From: Phoronis australis
Taxonomy: Eukaryota > Animalia > Phoronida
DNA: 64,000 nt
Assembly (NCBI GenBank): GCA_002633005.1
Contig: NMRA01000442.1
Span: 62,001 to 126,000 of the forward strand
Direction of reading: 5' to 3'
A program made the translations under genes and the position numbers. A model generated the notes under the pieces. The model saw only the letters and a program-made list of their open reading frames with translations. It did no database searches and was not told where the DNA came from. Below are positions 1 through 12,180 of the stretch, one piece after another. Within the stretch, counting starts at the first letter, position 1. Each line of letters starts with the position of its first letter.

Positions 1-699
1 AATTGCGCGCGCGCTTCCGTCGACACTTCTGAAGTAGCCAAACATTTTAGATGGATCCACCGCTGAAAGAGCAGCCCTATAGTTCATTTCTTTAGGTAAG
101 CTTCTTTACTCTAAGATATGGTTTGATTTGATTAGGGAAAATACTATGGTGCCGCAACCCTGATATTCAGGCGAACTGACTGTCATGCTATTACACTCCA
201 CACGTTTGTAACTCAAATTTGACTGGTGTATAGGAAAATTGTCTTGCACAATATCATACAGTGTACATGTACATGTAATATTTTTGAAAAAAATCGTTTT
301 CCGAAGAATTGCTATTGTGGCGGCCGCCGTGGTCTGGTCGCCAGTCCGTTTGAAGATGCACTTTAACAAGTTATGTCTACATGTATACAAAGAGTGACCA
401 AGGGGGCACTCACACTGACAAAGTGACCGCGCATTCGCGAAAAGTGTACAGTTCCAGAAATTGCGGGGAGGCTGTACAGCAAAGTCTTGCGGGACTCGTG
501 CGATGTTCAATAGGCCTCTTAAGGAGCCCTAGTTCCGACCTCAATACCTACCGTCTGTCTACCTGCAATAAGCACCACTGCCGTCTTCTACACTGGGAAT
601 TTCCGCAGAAAGGCCCACCCGATGAAACGCCCATGCCTATGGGCATTTATTTGATGTTAGTACTTCGGGTTTCAAGCGTTCAGACATGGAGACGTTTAT

Positions 700-1040
700 T
701 CTTAAAAATGGCAACAGATGCAAATAGGTCCTGGGATACAACGTCTAGGTTTGAAGTAGTTCATGATGAACGGATCAAATTTAGTTGCGCATGTAAGTCT
801 TTTGAAAGGACTTGGCAACCTCAGGGGGCTTAGTGCCAACTGAGCTGCGAAACGAGATGCTGACATTATACATGTAGAAGCTTACAAGCTCATTGACACA
901 GCAGTTGACGAAGTGCAAGCGTTGGGAACAAACATCGAAGATGTCTGGGTAGAATGGTTCCAAGACGATATACTGATTCCTCGGCAGTCCAGACAACATA
1001 AGGATAGGACTAATGTTCCTGGAGAAACACCCAGCTAATA
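700..1040 (+). mobile_element. Decayed hAT-superfamily transposase fragment (PRKRIR/THAP12-like)
   Basis: Frameshifted translation MATDANRSWDTTSR..VAHVSLLKGLGNLRGLSAN..KRDADII..EAYKLIDTAVDEVQAL..EWF..IPRQ..RTNVPGETPS matches the LS..LQ..DI..A / PR..RQ..R.NVP..TP pattern of hAT transposases; stops present. Confidence 0.6.
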
Positions 1041-1334
1041 ACTTACAATTCTACACAGTTTGTACGGTTTTTTATGCTTGTGTACAGTGAAAACGAAATA
1101 GGGATTATTTGTGGTCATGCCAAATTTACCCAGTACAGCAGAGGGTCTACGAGCGCACAGAAACTGATTCTGGTTTGTAGGCTATTTCTACTTGGCTCTT
1201 TCTGCTTCATATCCGAAATCTATTTCACGTAGTGCGTAGTTAAATTTGTACTCAGTACTTGTTTCTTCCAGTGAGTACTACAGAACGGTGCGAAAACCCT
1301 TCCGAGACAACCTCCCGTAGCTGAGTTGACCACC

Positions 1335-1898
1335 TGTTGTGTAAAATACACGTATGAGCAATCACTGGGGATTAAAAAGTGTCTAGAGAGAAGTTTTCAA
1401 TTCAAAAATTTTTGCATAGTACACTTTAGGTCTCGCGACGGACCAGGCCAGCTTGATTTGCGTAGATATTGAGTTCCAGTGTACTTCTGGTCCCTCGGCG
1501 AACTAGTCTTGTGATGTTTTTTACCAAAGTGTACTTTGTAAAACTGTTTATCTCAGCCAGCAGTGTTTGGTCCCGCGAGAGATCGACTATTTTTATAGGG
1601 ACAATAAGCACAGGTGAACTTTTGGTTTCGTGACGGACCAGGCGAGCCTTTTTCTGTACTCTCAGTGTACACCTGGTCCCTCTGCGAACTGGTCCTGTAT
1701 ACCTTTTCACCACGGTGTACAGAATGTTTTGGTTTCGTGAAACTGTTTTCAGGTGATTTGTTTCTTGGTACGTTTGACGTTTTTTAAGTGTTGTGAACGT
1801 GATTCAGCTTAATAAAGTGATATCTAATTGTTTATTGTCGCTTTTAGTAATAGACTAAGAGCTGAGAGCACCATAGTTCGCCATTTTTTCTCGTAACG
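1335..1898 (+). repeat. Possible solo-LTR-like element with two internal ~100-bp direct repeats
   Basis: Repeats at ~1428-1535 and ~1623-1720 (ggtytcgygacggaccaggc...ctggtccctc.gcgaact.gtc); TGTTG start, AATAAA at 1811, CGTAAC end; no TSD found. Confidence 0.35.
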
Positions 1899-3274
1899 AG
1901 ACAGAGCTCATGTTTATTTCCGAAATAACAGTGCAGGTCTTCGTTCTTAAACAACTTGAGGCTGATGTTACGCTATCATCTGATATTCAAGTTTCACGCC
2001 CCGTCGGTGCTCCTTATGCTCTTGAATATTTGGTAATTGTCTAAACCCCTGTATACACATCACACTTTTTCGTATACGACTTTTCGTATGCTACAAAAGG
2101 TGTGTGTAAGCAGATGTTCCAACAAAAATTTTTGTTGGTGGCGTGCCTCATACCCAGATGTGCACAAACATGGTTTCACGAAACTTATGAGCCATTAGTT
2201 CATGTGACGAACTCGATAACTATTTTAAGTTATCTTAAGGAAAACCCCAGAGGCATGTTAAGTGCCAGAAACTTAACAGGATGCGTGGAAATGTCACTAT
2301 ATGGCTAAAAAAACAAAAAAATTGTCTTACACGGGAGGGGTGTTCCCCCGCTCGGCGCCACACGCCTCGGATTCGACCTTTGCAGAATCCTAACCCCCCC
2401 CTTACTGAAAACGTAGATCCGCCACTGACGCCAAACGCAAGGTTGGAACGTCAGACGAAGTGCACAAATTGATCGAGGAATTCAATGGGTGGCCTTTTTT
2501 TCTTTGCTTCAATGGAATGGCACGGATGTCGTAACTCCTGGTCTTGCCCTATGACAAGCAGTTTGTACCTCGCGGGATGGACATCGCAATAATATATAAT
2601 ACTGTAAGACAGTTTTCCGTATGTCACAGAGCGAGACAATATAATGATGTGGCGAGACTGCAAAACAAGGGGAACAGGCCCTCCAAAACAGTTCGAGAAT
2701 TTAAATTTTATTATTGGTTGACAGAATGCAGTCACGTGGAGGAAGGAACTGGTCATGAGAGACCACAAATCGAATAACGTACTCTTCGTTTCTTCGAAGA
2801 CATAATTAAGTCAAACGATGAAGAATTCAGTGGTTATCACCGAAGAAAACACTTGATTCCACGCAGGCATTCTAGTATACTTAGATGGTCAGTGCTAAGA
2901 CATACGCTTATACCGTTACCGCCGGACATACACGTCACGGATCACGGATATATGGCTGTCTGCACACACTTTCACTCGTGCATTCTTCTAAAGTTAGTTA
3001 TAATCAGCATGACGAATTCCTTCTCCAGCATAACATCCTTTGAAATACCATTTGTAATTGCGTTTCGCACAATTTCGAGTTTTTCTTACGATGCCAGTTA
3101 GTGCTAAGCATTTTACCCCTACTGTATCCAAACTCATTAGCACTTATCATTACATGTGACCAGAATCTACACCACAGAGTTCAATAAGTTTCATTCCAGT
3201 TTGAATATGACAGTTTTTGTCTCCATAGAAAGTTGCACGCCGCATGAAGAAGATACCAAGATATTAGAACTCAC

Positions 3275-3443
3275 CATCATGTCTGATTCCGATAATGACA
3301 GCCACAATCACTAAGGCAGGTAATACCACGATTATGAAAAGTATCAGTCCCTTCTCAAGAGTTGTGCAGCGCCTGCCGCTATCAGTTCTATAGCTAATTT
3401 CATTGTCCCCGTTCTCAAACTGATTGTAATTTGCTTCAGACAT
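3275..3443 (-). CDS. First coding exon of a type II membrane protein, probably an M13 (neprilysin/endothelin-converting enzyme-like) peptidase; rest of gene probably left of window
   Basis: tttttgttgcag acceptor directly before ATG, gtgagt donor; MSEANYNQFENGDNEISYRTDSGRRCTTLEKGLILFIIVVLPALVIVAVIIGIRHD is a short cytosolic tail with a TxLEKxL motif and a 22-aa hydrophobic signal anchor, as in ECE/neprilysin N-termini. No catalytic exon was seen, so the family call is tentative. Confidence 0.65.
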
Positions 3444-3848
3444 CTGCAACAAAAAATCGAGTTATTCAGTTAGGTATGAAGTGAATTGCTAATAGATTAC
3501 CGGTATCCACTCACACCCTATCAGAAATTCTGCTAAGGAAACACATTGAAAGAAATGTAGTTCATGTTATTTTAAGACCGGCCATTAAAGACGCTGGCTT
3601 GATTGCCTATCCAAGGTTTTCTAAGGCCAACGTTCGGTCACCTTCTCTAAATTTAGGGGAATGACTCACAAAATGTCATGAATCGTCACCAAGCTGTCAG
3701 AAGACGAATATGTGTAAACATCACGGAACGCTACTGATTTTTGGCTTGGGACAAACGTTTCAGGACGGCAGCCAAAGAGGCGGCTTTGACAGCAGTGCGA
3801 CACAAAATTGGTGGCGGCCGAGGTCGGAAAATTATGATGGGTCGTTGG

Positions 3849-4258
3849 GGGGAAAGTGTCGCCGGAAAAATACGAGCGTAATTATGTACATTACGCCGTT
3901 ATTTACGGCGTTATTTACGCCGTTAATTACGCCGTAAAATTACGTGCGTAATTTAATTCTTTACGGCGTAAAATTACGCTCGTAATTTACTTTAAACTCT
4001 TAGCCAATGACGTTGGGTTTTACAATCCACGGTCGCGCGTGCTCATGGAAATACTTATCTACTGACGGGTTACATGTCTACGGTACGAGCGCTGAATCAT
4101 GGCGGATCAAATCGCTGGTGCAATGTCAGCGATTGTGCAAGAACGAGCTGCCTAGCAACAGTCGTGTATGTTAGGTCAACACTGACTGGTTTAAATTTGG
4201 AACGCAATTTAATTTACGCTCGTAATTACGAGCGTAATTTTACGGCGACACTTTCCCC
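3849..4258. mobile_element. PIF/Harbinger-type MITE with palindromic subterminal repeats
   Basis: 16-bp TIR ggggaaagtgtcgccg / cggcgacactttcccc followed by TAA; many ttacg/cgtaa units. Confidence 0.7.
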
Positions 4259-4839
4259 TAAACGGCCCACCATAGAAAATGGCTCTGGACCGTTTCTGCA
4301 CACTACGGGTGGCAGTATTTCTTCCCACGATACTGTAGCAAAATGTGGTGTCAGCTTGTTCCACGCAGTTAGCTTACGAATAAGGGGGTGGGGCTGTACG
4401 CTTTTTTCCACCGCAAAGATTGCTAGGACCGCAGTTAGCTTACGAATAAAGGGGGTCCGTACGCTTTTTTCCATCGCAACGATTGCTAGGACCGTAGGTT
4501 GTTTCCGGTCGTCATCTTCCCGTGTATTTGCTACGAAATGTGAGTGTTAAGCCTTGTTTCTGTTTTTCAGTTTCTATTAAATGATAGAGTACTTGCTTTT
4601 CATATTATCTGACACCTTCTTAGCCAGTGACCGCTATTAGAGGCTTACTATCTCTTAGCCCCCGGCAATGTCAACACGATGGTTAGTAGAAAATCACGTT
4701 TGTCATAAAACCATAAAATACGTTCATGCGAAACAAAGCAGCTAGTCAAGACTAAAAACTAAACAAATAATAACTTGGTTTAATTTACGTTTTAAAACCG
4801 TATTAAAAAACAAAAATGACAGAAAATTATGAGTCTTTA

Positions 4840-6445
4840 CTGCACTTACTTGATATGAAAGGGCACTTAGTCGGTGACATTCTGTGCCCGCTTGTCGGAC
4901 ACTCAGTCCATCACATTCTCAACACTCAGGATTTTGTGAAAAAAGTGAGCGATATTCATCTCCAGGTAGATGAGGTTTTCACATCCTATTACCGGGATTT
5001 TCCGTAGATATCTCATTCGATGAAACGCCCATGGGCGTTTATTCAGAAATTATGCCAAATATACGCACATAGGCATTTGTTGTCGTGTCAAGTGTCCAGA
5101 CAGTGGGGCGTTTACTTGGAAATTTTCCTCTTAAAGGTCCACTCAGCGTCAACTTGTTGACGCAAATTCAGTTTTGTGAGCAATTATCATTTACAAAAAC
5201 GAACAAGTTGTTGACGAATTATGCATTTATTAACATAAAATTGGAAAAAAACAGTTTTGAATAAATAATGTTAAAGTCAGCAAATCTATGACTTTCCGTT
5301 GACACGCCGCTTTTCCAAAAAAACGCCCGGGCGTTTATTTGGTGTTGCTAAAACGTGTTTACTTGGAAATTTTCCTCTTAAAGGTCCACTCAGCGTCAAC
5401 TTGTTGACGCAAATTCAGTTTTGTGAGCAATTATCATTTACAAAAACGAACAAGTTGTTGGCGAATTATGCATTTATTAACATAAAATTGGAAAAAAAAC
5501 AGTTTTGAATAAATAATGTCAAAGTCAGCAAATCTATGACTTTCCGTTGACACGCCGCTTTTCCAAATAAACGCCCGGGCGTTTATTTGGTGTTGCTAAA
5601 ACGCATGAAATTTTTCTTTTTCTGAATACACACCCATGGGCTTATTTACTGAAATTCCCGGTATGTTTGTCCCCCCCCCTCCCCGAAGACGCTGTTGCAG
5701 TGATTCATGAATGCCTCTGTAATGACCAACAACTTTCGGCAATGACGAGTTTACTTTTTGCGGATGTGAGTGATCTTCTGCAGATTTGTCTAGACACGAA
5801 TTTTTTTCATTTGATCAGCAAATGCATACATTATACATGTACATACACATACCCCGTATCCCTTATTGTCGTCAACTTGTACAAGGAGGAATTTGAAAAG
5901 ACAGCGATGCAGAGTTTGGTTCAGAAAGGTTGATGACACTTTTGTGAATATTTAACAATCTGAAAAAGCAATTTTTCATCTCATTTAAACAATATAGACA
6001 GACTTATTAACTTCACTGAAGAAGAGAGTAGAGACAGTAAGCTCGCGTTCTTGGAACAGTGTCAATTAAGGGTGATCTAGGCCAAACCTCGTACACACAC
6101 AGATCAATATTTACAGTTTGCTCTCATCATTCCATTGATGTTATACCATCCAGCAGACCTGATTGTCTCTGACAACAATGAAAGAGACACACAACATTCG
6201 TGGCTCTCTGGAAAGGTGCGGATAGGCCTTAGCAATAGTACCAGTAAATTACCAAGATGGGAATTTAACAACGTTGACAGTCCTTAACCAAACGACCTTT
6301 ATAATATACTAATCCTTTACAAGGAGAAAAATTGATTTGAATGGGAAGTCAAGGACTGTATATATTACAAAATTGGAAATCTATCTTTGAACCGAAGAGC
6401 AGGCTTGAGATTTATCCTATCACACACCTGAGACAGTACTAAGTT
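4840..6445 (+). mobile_element. Decayed Penelope-like retroelement (RT plus GIY-YIG remnant)
   Basis: Motifs in order: ILCPLVG..HHILNTQDFVKKV..DEVFTSY; LLQICLDTNFF; PVSLIVVNLYKEEFE; VDDTFV; HLNNID..INFTEE..KLAFL; THTDQYLQF; C-terminal SLNRRAG..ILSHT*D; many frameshifts. Confidence 0.85.
4990..5663. mobile_element. TA-flanked MITE (Tc1/mariner-type) inserted in the Penelope RT, with an internal ~247-bp tandem duplication
   Basis: TIR taccgggattttccgtaga / tttactgaaattcccggta; duplicated units ~5110-5355 and ~5357-5603; related fragment at ~591-655. Confidence 0.75.
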
Positions 6446-7414
6446 TCTGCCGATTTTCTCCGAATCCACCAGCGATCGCACAGGCTTGAAAAGGCCAAAA
6501 GACGACTCATAATTTGCTGCACATTATATTCGTACGGCGTAAGTCATAACATAGTACATTGATTTACCAAAAACGGAATTGTACCCAGGGGAAGGGTAGA
6601 GACTGAAAGACCACGAACCTACGTTTCTGACATGGTGTTCCATACACTCGTTCCATAATTTCTGATTTTCAGTGTTTTTTATGGTATATATCCTCTAAAA
6701 CTATTCTGTATGGAAAGCTAATAAACCAGAATTTATAAAAGATGACGCTTAAAGGTCAACATCATACGAGTTATCGCATAACATGCTTAATAAGTGCTTT
6801 CCAAGTTTATCCTTATTTATTGTGTGTGTTTACATCCAGTTTATTACCTTTACCAATTCATATGTTCTTGCGTGTAATTTATGTGATCTATCTGTCTTAT
6901 TTCCATTTGGACCCATTGAGAGACCAGAGTTTTACACTAAATATTGTTACCGATGTAAAAGCTTAGTAACAACCATTTAGTTCAAAGGGAGTGGTCTAAC
7001 CTCAAGTATCAATCATGTTTACAGAGATGGCAGACTTTGTAAGAAGCTTTCAAAATTGTTCCATACATTTGAGGGTTGACGAAAGTACCACAGCACTACT
7101 TTCCTTCAAAGGTTTTTATATATTACAACTTGTGAAGTCACAATACATACCGTTATTTTTTATTTCAACATTGCAACTCATCATGTGCGACTAAAACATT
7201 AGTGACATTTGAATGACAAAGGGCAGACCAAAGGGGCTATTTGGAGAATTGGCCTATCGCCAGGATTATGACGGCCGGCTTAATTGACCAATCAGAATGC
7301 AGCATTCTTGGCACACCTTCGTCTGCGTTTCCAAGCCGCCATTTTACCTGACAAACCACACGCAATCGAGTAAAACTTACCTTAGTCTATAGCTCAAGAA
7401 ATTGTCCGCTAAGA

Positions 7415-7630
7415 ATGGGGAAACAGTGTTGATATGGCGTGTGTAGCACCGACAGCCGTTATGCTGCTCCAGAGTAATATCCCGTCATTTTTTGGCATGT
7501 CCTAAGCCGAAAAATGATGTTGAAAAGCGTAAACTATGGATCAAACTGTACGGCCAAACGAGCAGCTGAACTTAGCGATGTTGCTTGATAACTCGAAGGC
7601 TATTATAAACACAAATATATTACTTCCAAG
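7415..7630 (+). pseudogene. THAP zinc-finger exon relic of the outer transposon
   Basis: MGKQC*YGVCSTDSRY..FLACPKPKNDVEKRKLWIKLYG..YKHKYITSK follows the M.K.C..G.C.SDSRY / FPKPK..EKC..WIK.CG / Y.CSK THAP pattern, with stops and frameshifts. Confidence 0.7.
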
Positions 7631-7832
7631 ATACGCATTTTTCAGCTCGGTGGCTATGGTGCAGGGCTATCTCAGATTTTGACTCCCGAGTTGACTACGT
7701 CTGGCCGCCTTTGTCTCGGCACCTGCTGGATCTCAGCACTCTAGCGGTAATCCCCAGAAATTGTTGTTTTCAAGGACATTTTATTTTATGTTTTTTATTT
7801 ATTTCAACCTAATGGACATTATTTTGTTTCGT

Positions 7833-8542
7833 NNNNNNNNNNNNNNNNNNNNNNNNNNNNNNNNNNNNNNNNNNNNNNNNNNNNNNNNNNNNNNNNNNNN
7901 NNNNNNNNNNNNNNNNNNNNNNNNNNNNNNNNNNNNNNNNNNNNNNNNNNNNNNNNNNNNNNNNNNNNNNNNNNNNNNNNNNNNNNNNNNNNNNNNNNNN
8001 NNNNNNNNNNNNNNNNNNNNNNNNNNNNNNNNNNNNNNNNNNNNNNNNNNNNNNNNNNNNNNNNNNNNNNNNNNNNNNNNNNNNNNNNNNNNNNNNNNNN
8101 NNNNNNNNNNNNNNNNNNNNNNNNNNNNNNNNNNNNNNNNNNNNNNNNNNNNNNNNNNNNNNNNNNNNNNNNNNNNNNNNNNNNNNNNNNNNNNNNNNNN
8201 NNNNNNNNNNNNNNNNNNNNNNNNNNNNNNNNNNNNNNNNNNNNNNNNNNNNNNNNNNNNNNNNNNNNNNNNNNNNNNNNNNNNNNNNNNNNNNNNNNNN
8301 NNNNNNNNNNNNNNNNNNNNNNNNNNNNNNNNNNNNNNNNNNNNNNNNNNNNNNNNNNNNNNNNNNNNNNNNNNNNNNNNNNNNNNNNNNNNNNNNNNNN
8401 NNNNNNNNNNNNNNNNNNNNNNNNNNNNNNNNNNNNNNNNNNNNNNNNNNNNNNNNNNNNNNNNNNNNNNNNNNNNNNNNNNNNNNNNNNNNNNNNNNNN
8501 NNNNNNNNNNNNNNNNNNNNNNNNNNNNNNNNNNNNNNNNNN
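7833..8542. other. Assembly gap
   Basis: Run of N. Confidence 1.
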
Positions 8543-9539
8543 TAGCGGAAGAGGGGGGCTCAGACCCCAAATGGCTGCAGAATCGTGTTCCTGTTTTTTT
8601 AGTCCGATAGATTTTCTGAACAGAAGGTCCAACGGTCTACATCCCTGGCCCCTTCAACTTTCGGGCCGCCTGTGCACATACAACTGCACTTTGCCCAATT
8701 CCACGAGGCAACATATGTTGGCCCCCCTGTGGTATCCTAGATCCGCCACTGAATTCCAGACATTAATTTTACTTAGACACAGCCCTAAACCTACCGGAGC
8801 TAACTGTTTGGCCAGGACGAGATGAGTATGTACCTGAGCTATGAACCTGATTTTTTTATCAAAATATTTCGTTACAAGATTAGAAAAGCGCCTAGTCAGA
8901 CACTATAGTGCATGTGTTGACTGTAATCTATGACCTACTTTACTCCAGGAGTCCCACCAGTTGTGACCTACTTTTCATTTGGCGAAATTTAGCAGACGAC
9001 AGAATAAAAATATCGGTGAATCTTCACTGATTTTATTCGAAAGATCATGAAATCTATGGAATCGTACAGATAATTCGACTTTAAGGTACATACCCAGCTT
9101 CACATGAACATATCGTATCAGTGGCCTTGTCACTTGTCAGGTGAAGGTGGCCCCAAGGCCGAGGGGTTCTTCGGATTTTCGCTGGCTCCTCGAGCACTTA
9201 TTTTTTCATCGTCACCTTTACAAATTCCCATATCATGAACGTACGATTCACTGTTGAAAGGCATCGCCTCTTGTCTCTGTCGACGCGTTTTCAAATAGTA
9301 CAAAAACACTCATCGATTCCACCAGGAACGTCGTTTAGCGACAGTGTATTTGCCTCTGTCATCTTGTTGGAATGTCGGGTATCACGTGACTTTTCGCATA
9401 GAGACGGAGCTTGCGATAGGTCAATTCTCCTCGCGGCGTCACGGCTGTACTAGTGGTGATTGAATTACGCATGCGTCGCTGTCTGCCTGTAAACAGCTGG
9501 TAAAAAGACGGATTGTTATCAAAACACGTCGTCGCGCAA

Positions 9540-10420
9540 AGCCTTATTATTGCTATTTTCCCTGGTGCACGTCTCCGACAGGTGGTCACAAATTACCAAA
9601 AGACTTAAAGTTACTACATTTGTGGAGCATTGCGGTCAAAAGGGTCAACCAACTGAGAAAAAGTGTGTGGATGCCGAAGCCCCTTTGGGAGTTACATAAG
9701 GTTACTTGGTAAGTTTTTAGCAAACAAGTTTCTATCGACATCGTTCGGTGGTGTTATCCCCACCAGTTACCCCACTGAACAACGGGTTTATTGAATGGAA
9801 CTAAGTGTTTCTTTTCGGAAACTCACCCAGGACTCGGATGCCGGGTAGGCTAGCAGCCCATACTCACATATTGTCCTCCAAGGGTGGGAATGCACCCACT
9901 ATAAGAGGTGTGTGGTAAGTGACGCTCAGAAGTCAGGGGTGCCTTTTTCACAGCAGTTTTGCTTCAAAGCTATGCTATGTCCAATAAAATTCTCTAGACG
10001 AGTGAGTTTCCTTATTTTATAGCGGACAACACCCCCAGGACTACCAGATTAGTTACCGAAGTAACATCAATAAGCTATTCAATAAACGTCATAACATTGC
10101 ATTGGAATAAAAATTGACACCTAGAATGAATTTTACTTGTTGAGGTCAGATGCTCATTTTAGATGTCGTGAAAAATACACATTATTAAATCACTTTTAGC
10201 CTGTTTCACATAATTTAATTCAGATCTTAAATAACACTTGGGTACAAAGATTATTAGTTTCTACATAAACACATGAAGATGAAACGTCAAGTATGTTCTG
10301 CCTTACTAAAGTAGTTTTGTCTTGTGTTTTCTTTTATAATTTGCTAATATTTCTCTGACTATTCTGTTACAGGTGAGGGAAAACGACTGAAACCAGCCGC
10401 CTGACCATCTATTTTACCTT
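9540..10420 (+). pseudogene. Second, nested THAP-domain gene relic (exons ~9540-9708 and from 10373)
   Basis: PYYCYFPWCTSPTGGHKLPKDLKLLHLWSIAVKRVNQLRKSVWMPKP, then gtaagt donor; ctgttacag acceptor, then EGKRLKPAA*PSILP (THAP RLK..AVPSIF box). Confidence 0.7.
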
Positions 10421-11299
10421 TGGACAAAGTGAAAAGTAATCCTTCAGCAATAACCTGAGAGAATTGATCCTAATTCAGAAATTCAGCCTTTGATATGCCT
10501 GATTATGGACTCCATTGTGTAGGAAAATTACAATTATTTTTTAACAATGTTGTTTCTTTATATACTTTTCTTGCATGTGGAACTTTTGCTGTAGACAAGT
10601 TATCACAAAACTTAAAATTGTTCAAAGGCCTTCTTAAGAAAGCTCTAAAAGTAATTACACACACAAACAAATCAAATGCAAACAAAGGGAATACTTCATT
10701 TTGATTGCTGCACATTTCTAGAGGTCAACAGGAAAACGACAATTTCAGCTTTATAAAGAATAAGTACAACTGCACTGTATGGGGTTTTAAAACTGAGGAA
10801 ATATTGTGGTTTCAATAATTAGTGACAAACTTGACTGTCGATGAAAAATTTATTTGATCATCAAAGTGTAACATTAACGGGCTTTCTACTGACAATAAGA
10901 CAATCGATGCAGTCACTGAATGTCATTTCCCCATAATGTGTACCAAATTGAAAAGTTTTCACCATTAGTATAAAGCCTTTCTTCTGAAAGGAATAGGTAA
11001 TGTCACTCAGTGAGAAAGGACAGGTATTTATACCAGATGCTTTTGGTTTTCATTTCACAGAGATCTAGTGTCAATAGCCTATAGAAGCGCTTGTAAAAAA
11101 GGTCCAGTTTCGGCATGTGGCTTTCCTCCAGGTAACCTCATTCAGCCTCAGTTAGATGCTTGAAGGTAAACACAACAGCATATCACTTGACTTGTTTTGT
11201 GCCCAAAATCTGACCCTGAGCTAGACCAGAGTGTCTTTAGCTTCAACCTAGCATGTTTCTTCCAGAAAAGGAAATAAGCTATTGTCCACACATGATTTA

Positions 11300-12180
11300 T
11301 TGCCTTTGAAAGGGTATCCTCACCAACGAGGCTGACTTGTGTAGCAGTAGATATAGTTCCTCTTCATACACAAACAACACGTTGTCTTATGGTAACTTCG
11401 TACTGAGATTCACATTTCACTAGGGCCACTGACATGTACATTGCGCCATGCAGCACTAATGGTGTGTGGAAATACTGTGGGAAGAGAAAGGAGTAAAAAA
11501 GCTTGTTCGTTGTCTCCGACGAAGAAAGTAGGCTTTAAGAACAGATCTACACTGGATGGGAAGATCTTGCTAGTTAGCTGCAGTTAACTGCTTAAAACCA
11601 ATTTTTGTCCATTCAGGGTCGATGCAGAAACGATGCATATCTTCTCTGCACGGTACAAGCCTTCAAACCTAAAAACCAAAGGTCACGTGAAAACAGACAA
11701 GATAGAATTTCATTTCAACGTGTAATAAATTTCCGGAAGACATAGGATAGGGAGTAAACAAATAGTCTAATGGATATTTACGTACCCTTTGCCATGGCAT
11801 TGGGCTTGTATTGTAATCTCACTAACCCATATCGAGTTAAACATTCAGCATTCATTGATGTAACTGTCACTGATAAACCTGTTTGAAATCATTCCAAACA
11901 ATAATACGGCTTTGATGTACGAAAAGATCTCGAGTGCTACGTCCAGTATCGTAACACGCATCACAACAAACTAAGATTAACCCGACTGGCGACTGCCGCG
12001 ATGTCGACATCGGCGAGTATCTCAGTTAACAGGCATCAGTAGAATAAACATGGAATAATCGTTAAAATAATCGCAAACCTTACCTTTGTATAAGGTCGTG
12101 CTTACTTTCTCTCATAGAAGCACCCTTTTCACGCAATCTCAGATTCAGTTTGCATGGCTACAAGCCATTTCACAATGTAT
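11300..12180 (-). pseudogene. Spliced SAP/SWIM-type accessory gene relic of the outer transposon (YqaJ-class ORF N-terminus)
   Basis: Exon ending 12084: KWLVA..RLREKGASMRESKHDLIQR (SAP-like) plus gtaagg; exon 11786-11878; exon from 11668; degenerate SWIM-like ISAAWRNVHVSGPSEM* at 11401-11460 and YTSQPRW*GYP at 11311-11343. The nuclease domain itself was not seen. Confidence 0.55.

Noticed and set aside
381-833. 150-aa ORF as a gene
   Set aside because: Chance read-through of a MITE fragment into the hAT relic
3275-3443. TM exon as the missing CRIM1 transmembrane segment
   Set aside because: It starts in phase 0 with ATG while CRIM1 VWC6 ends in phase 1, and basic residues precede the helix, indicating type II rather than type I topology
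4362-4495. CRISPR-like direct repeats (also 1428-1720, 33507-33626, 36360-36429)
   Set aside because: Only two units each, no unique spacers, no cas genes and a eukaryotic intron context
6445-6520. Hammerhead ribozyme at the Penelope 3' end
   Set aside because: No intact CTGANGA...GAAA core with pairing stems could be seen
7761-8825. Long ORFs spanning the first gap (also 25538-26391)
   Set aside because: They are runs of N translated as X
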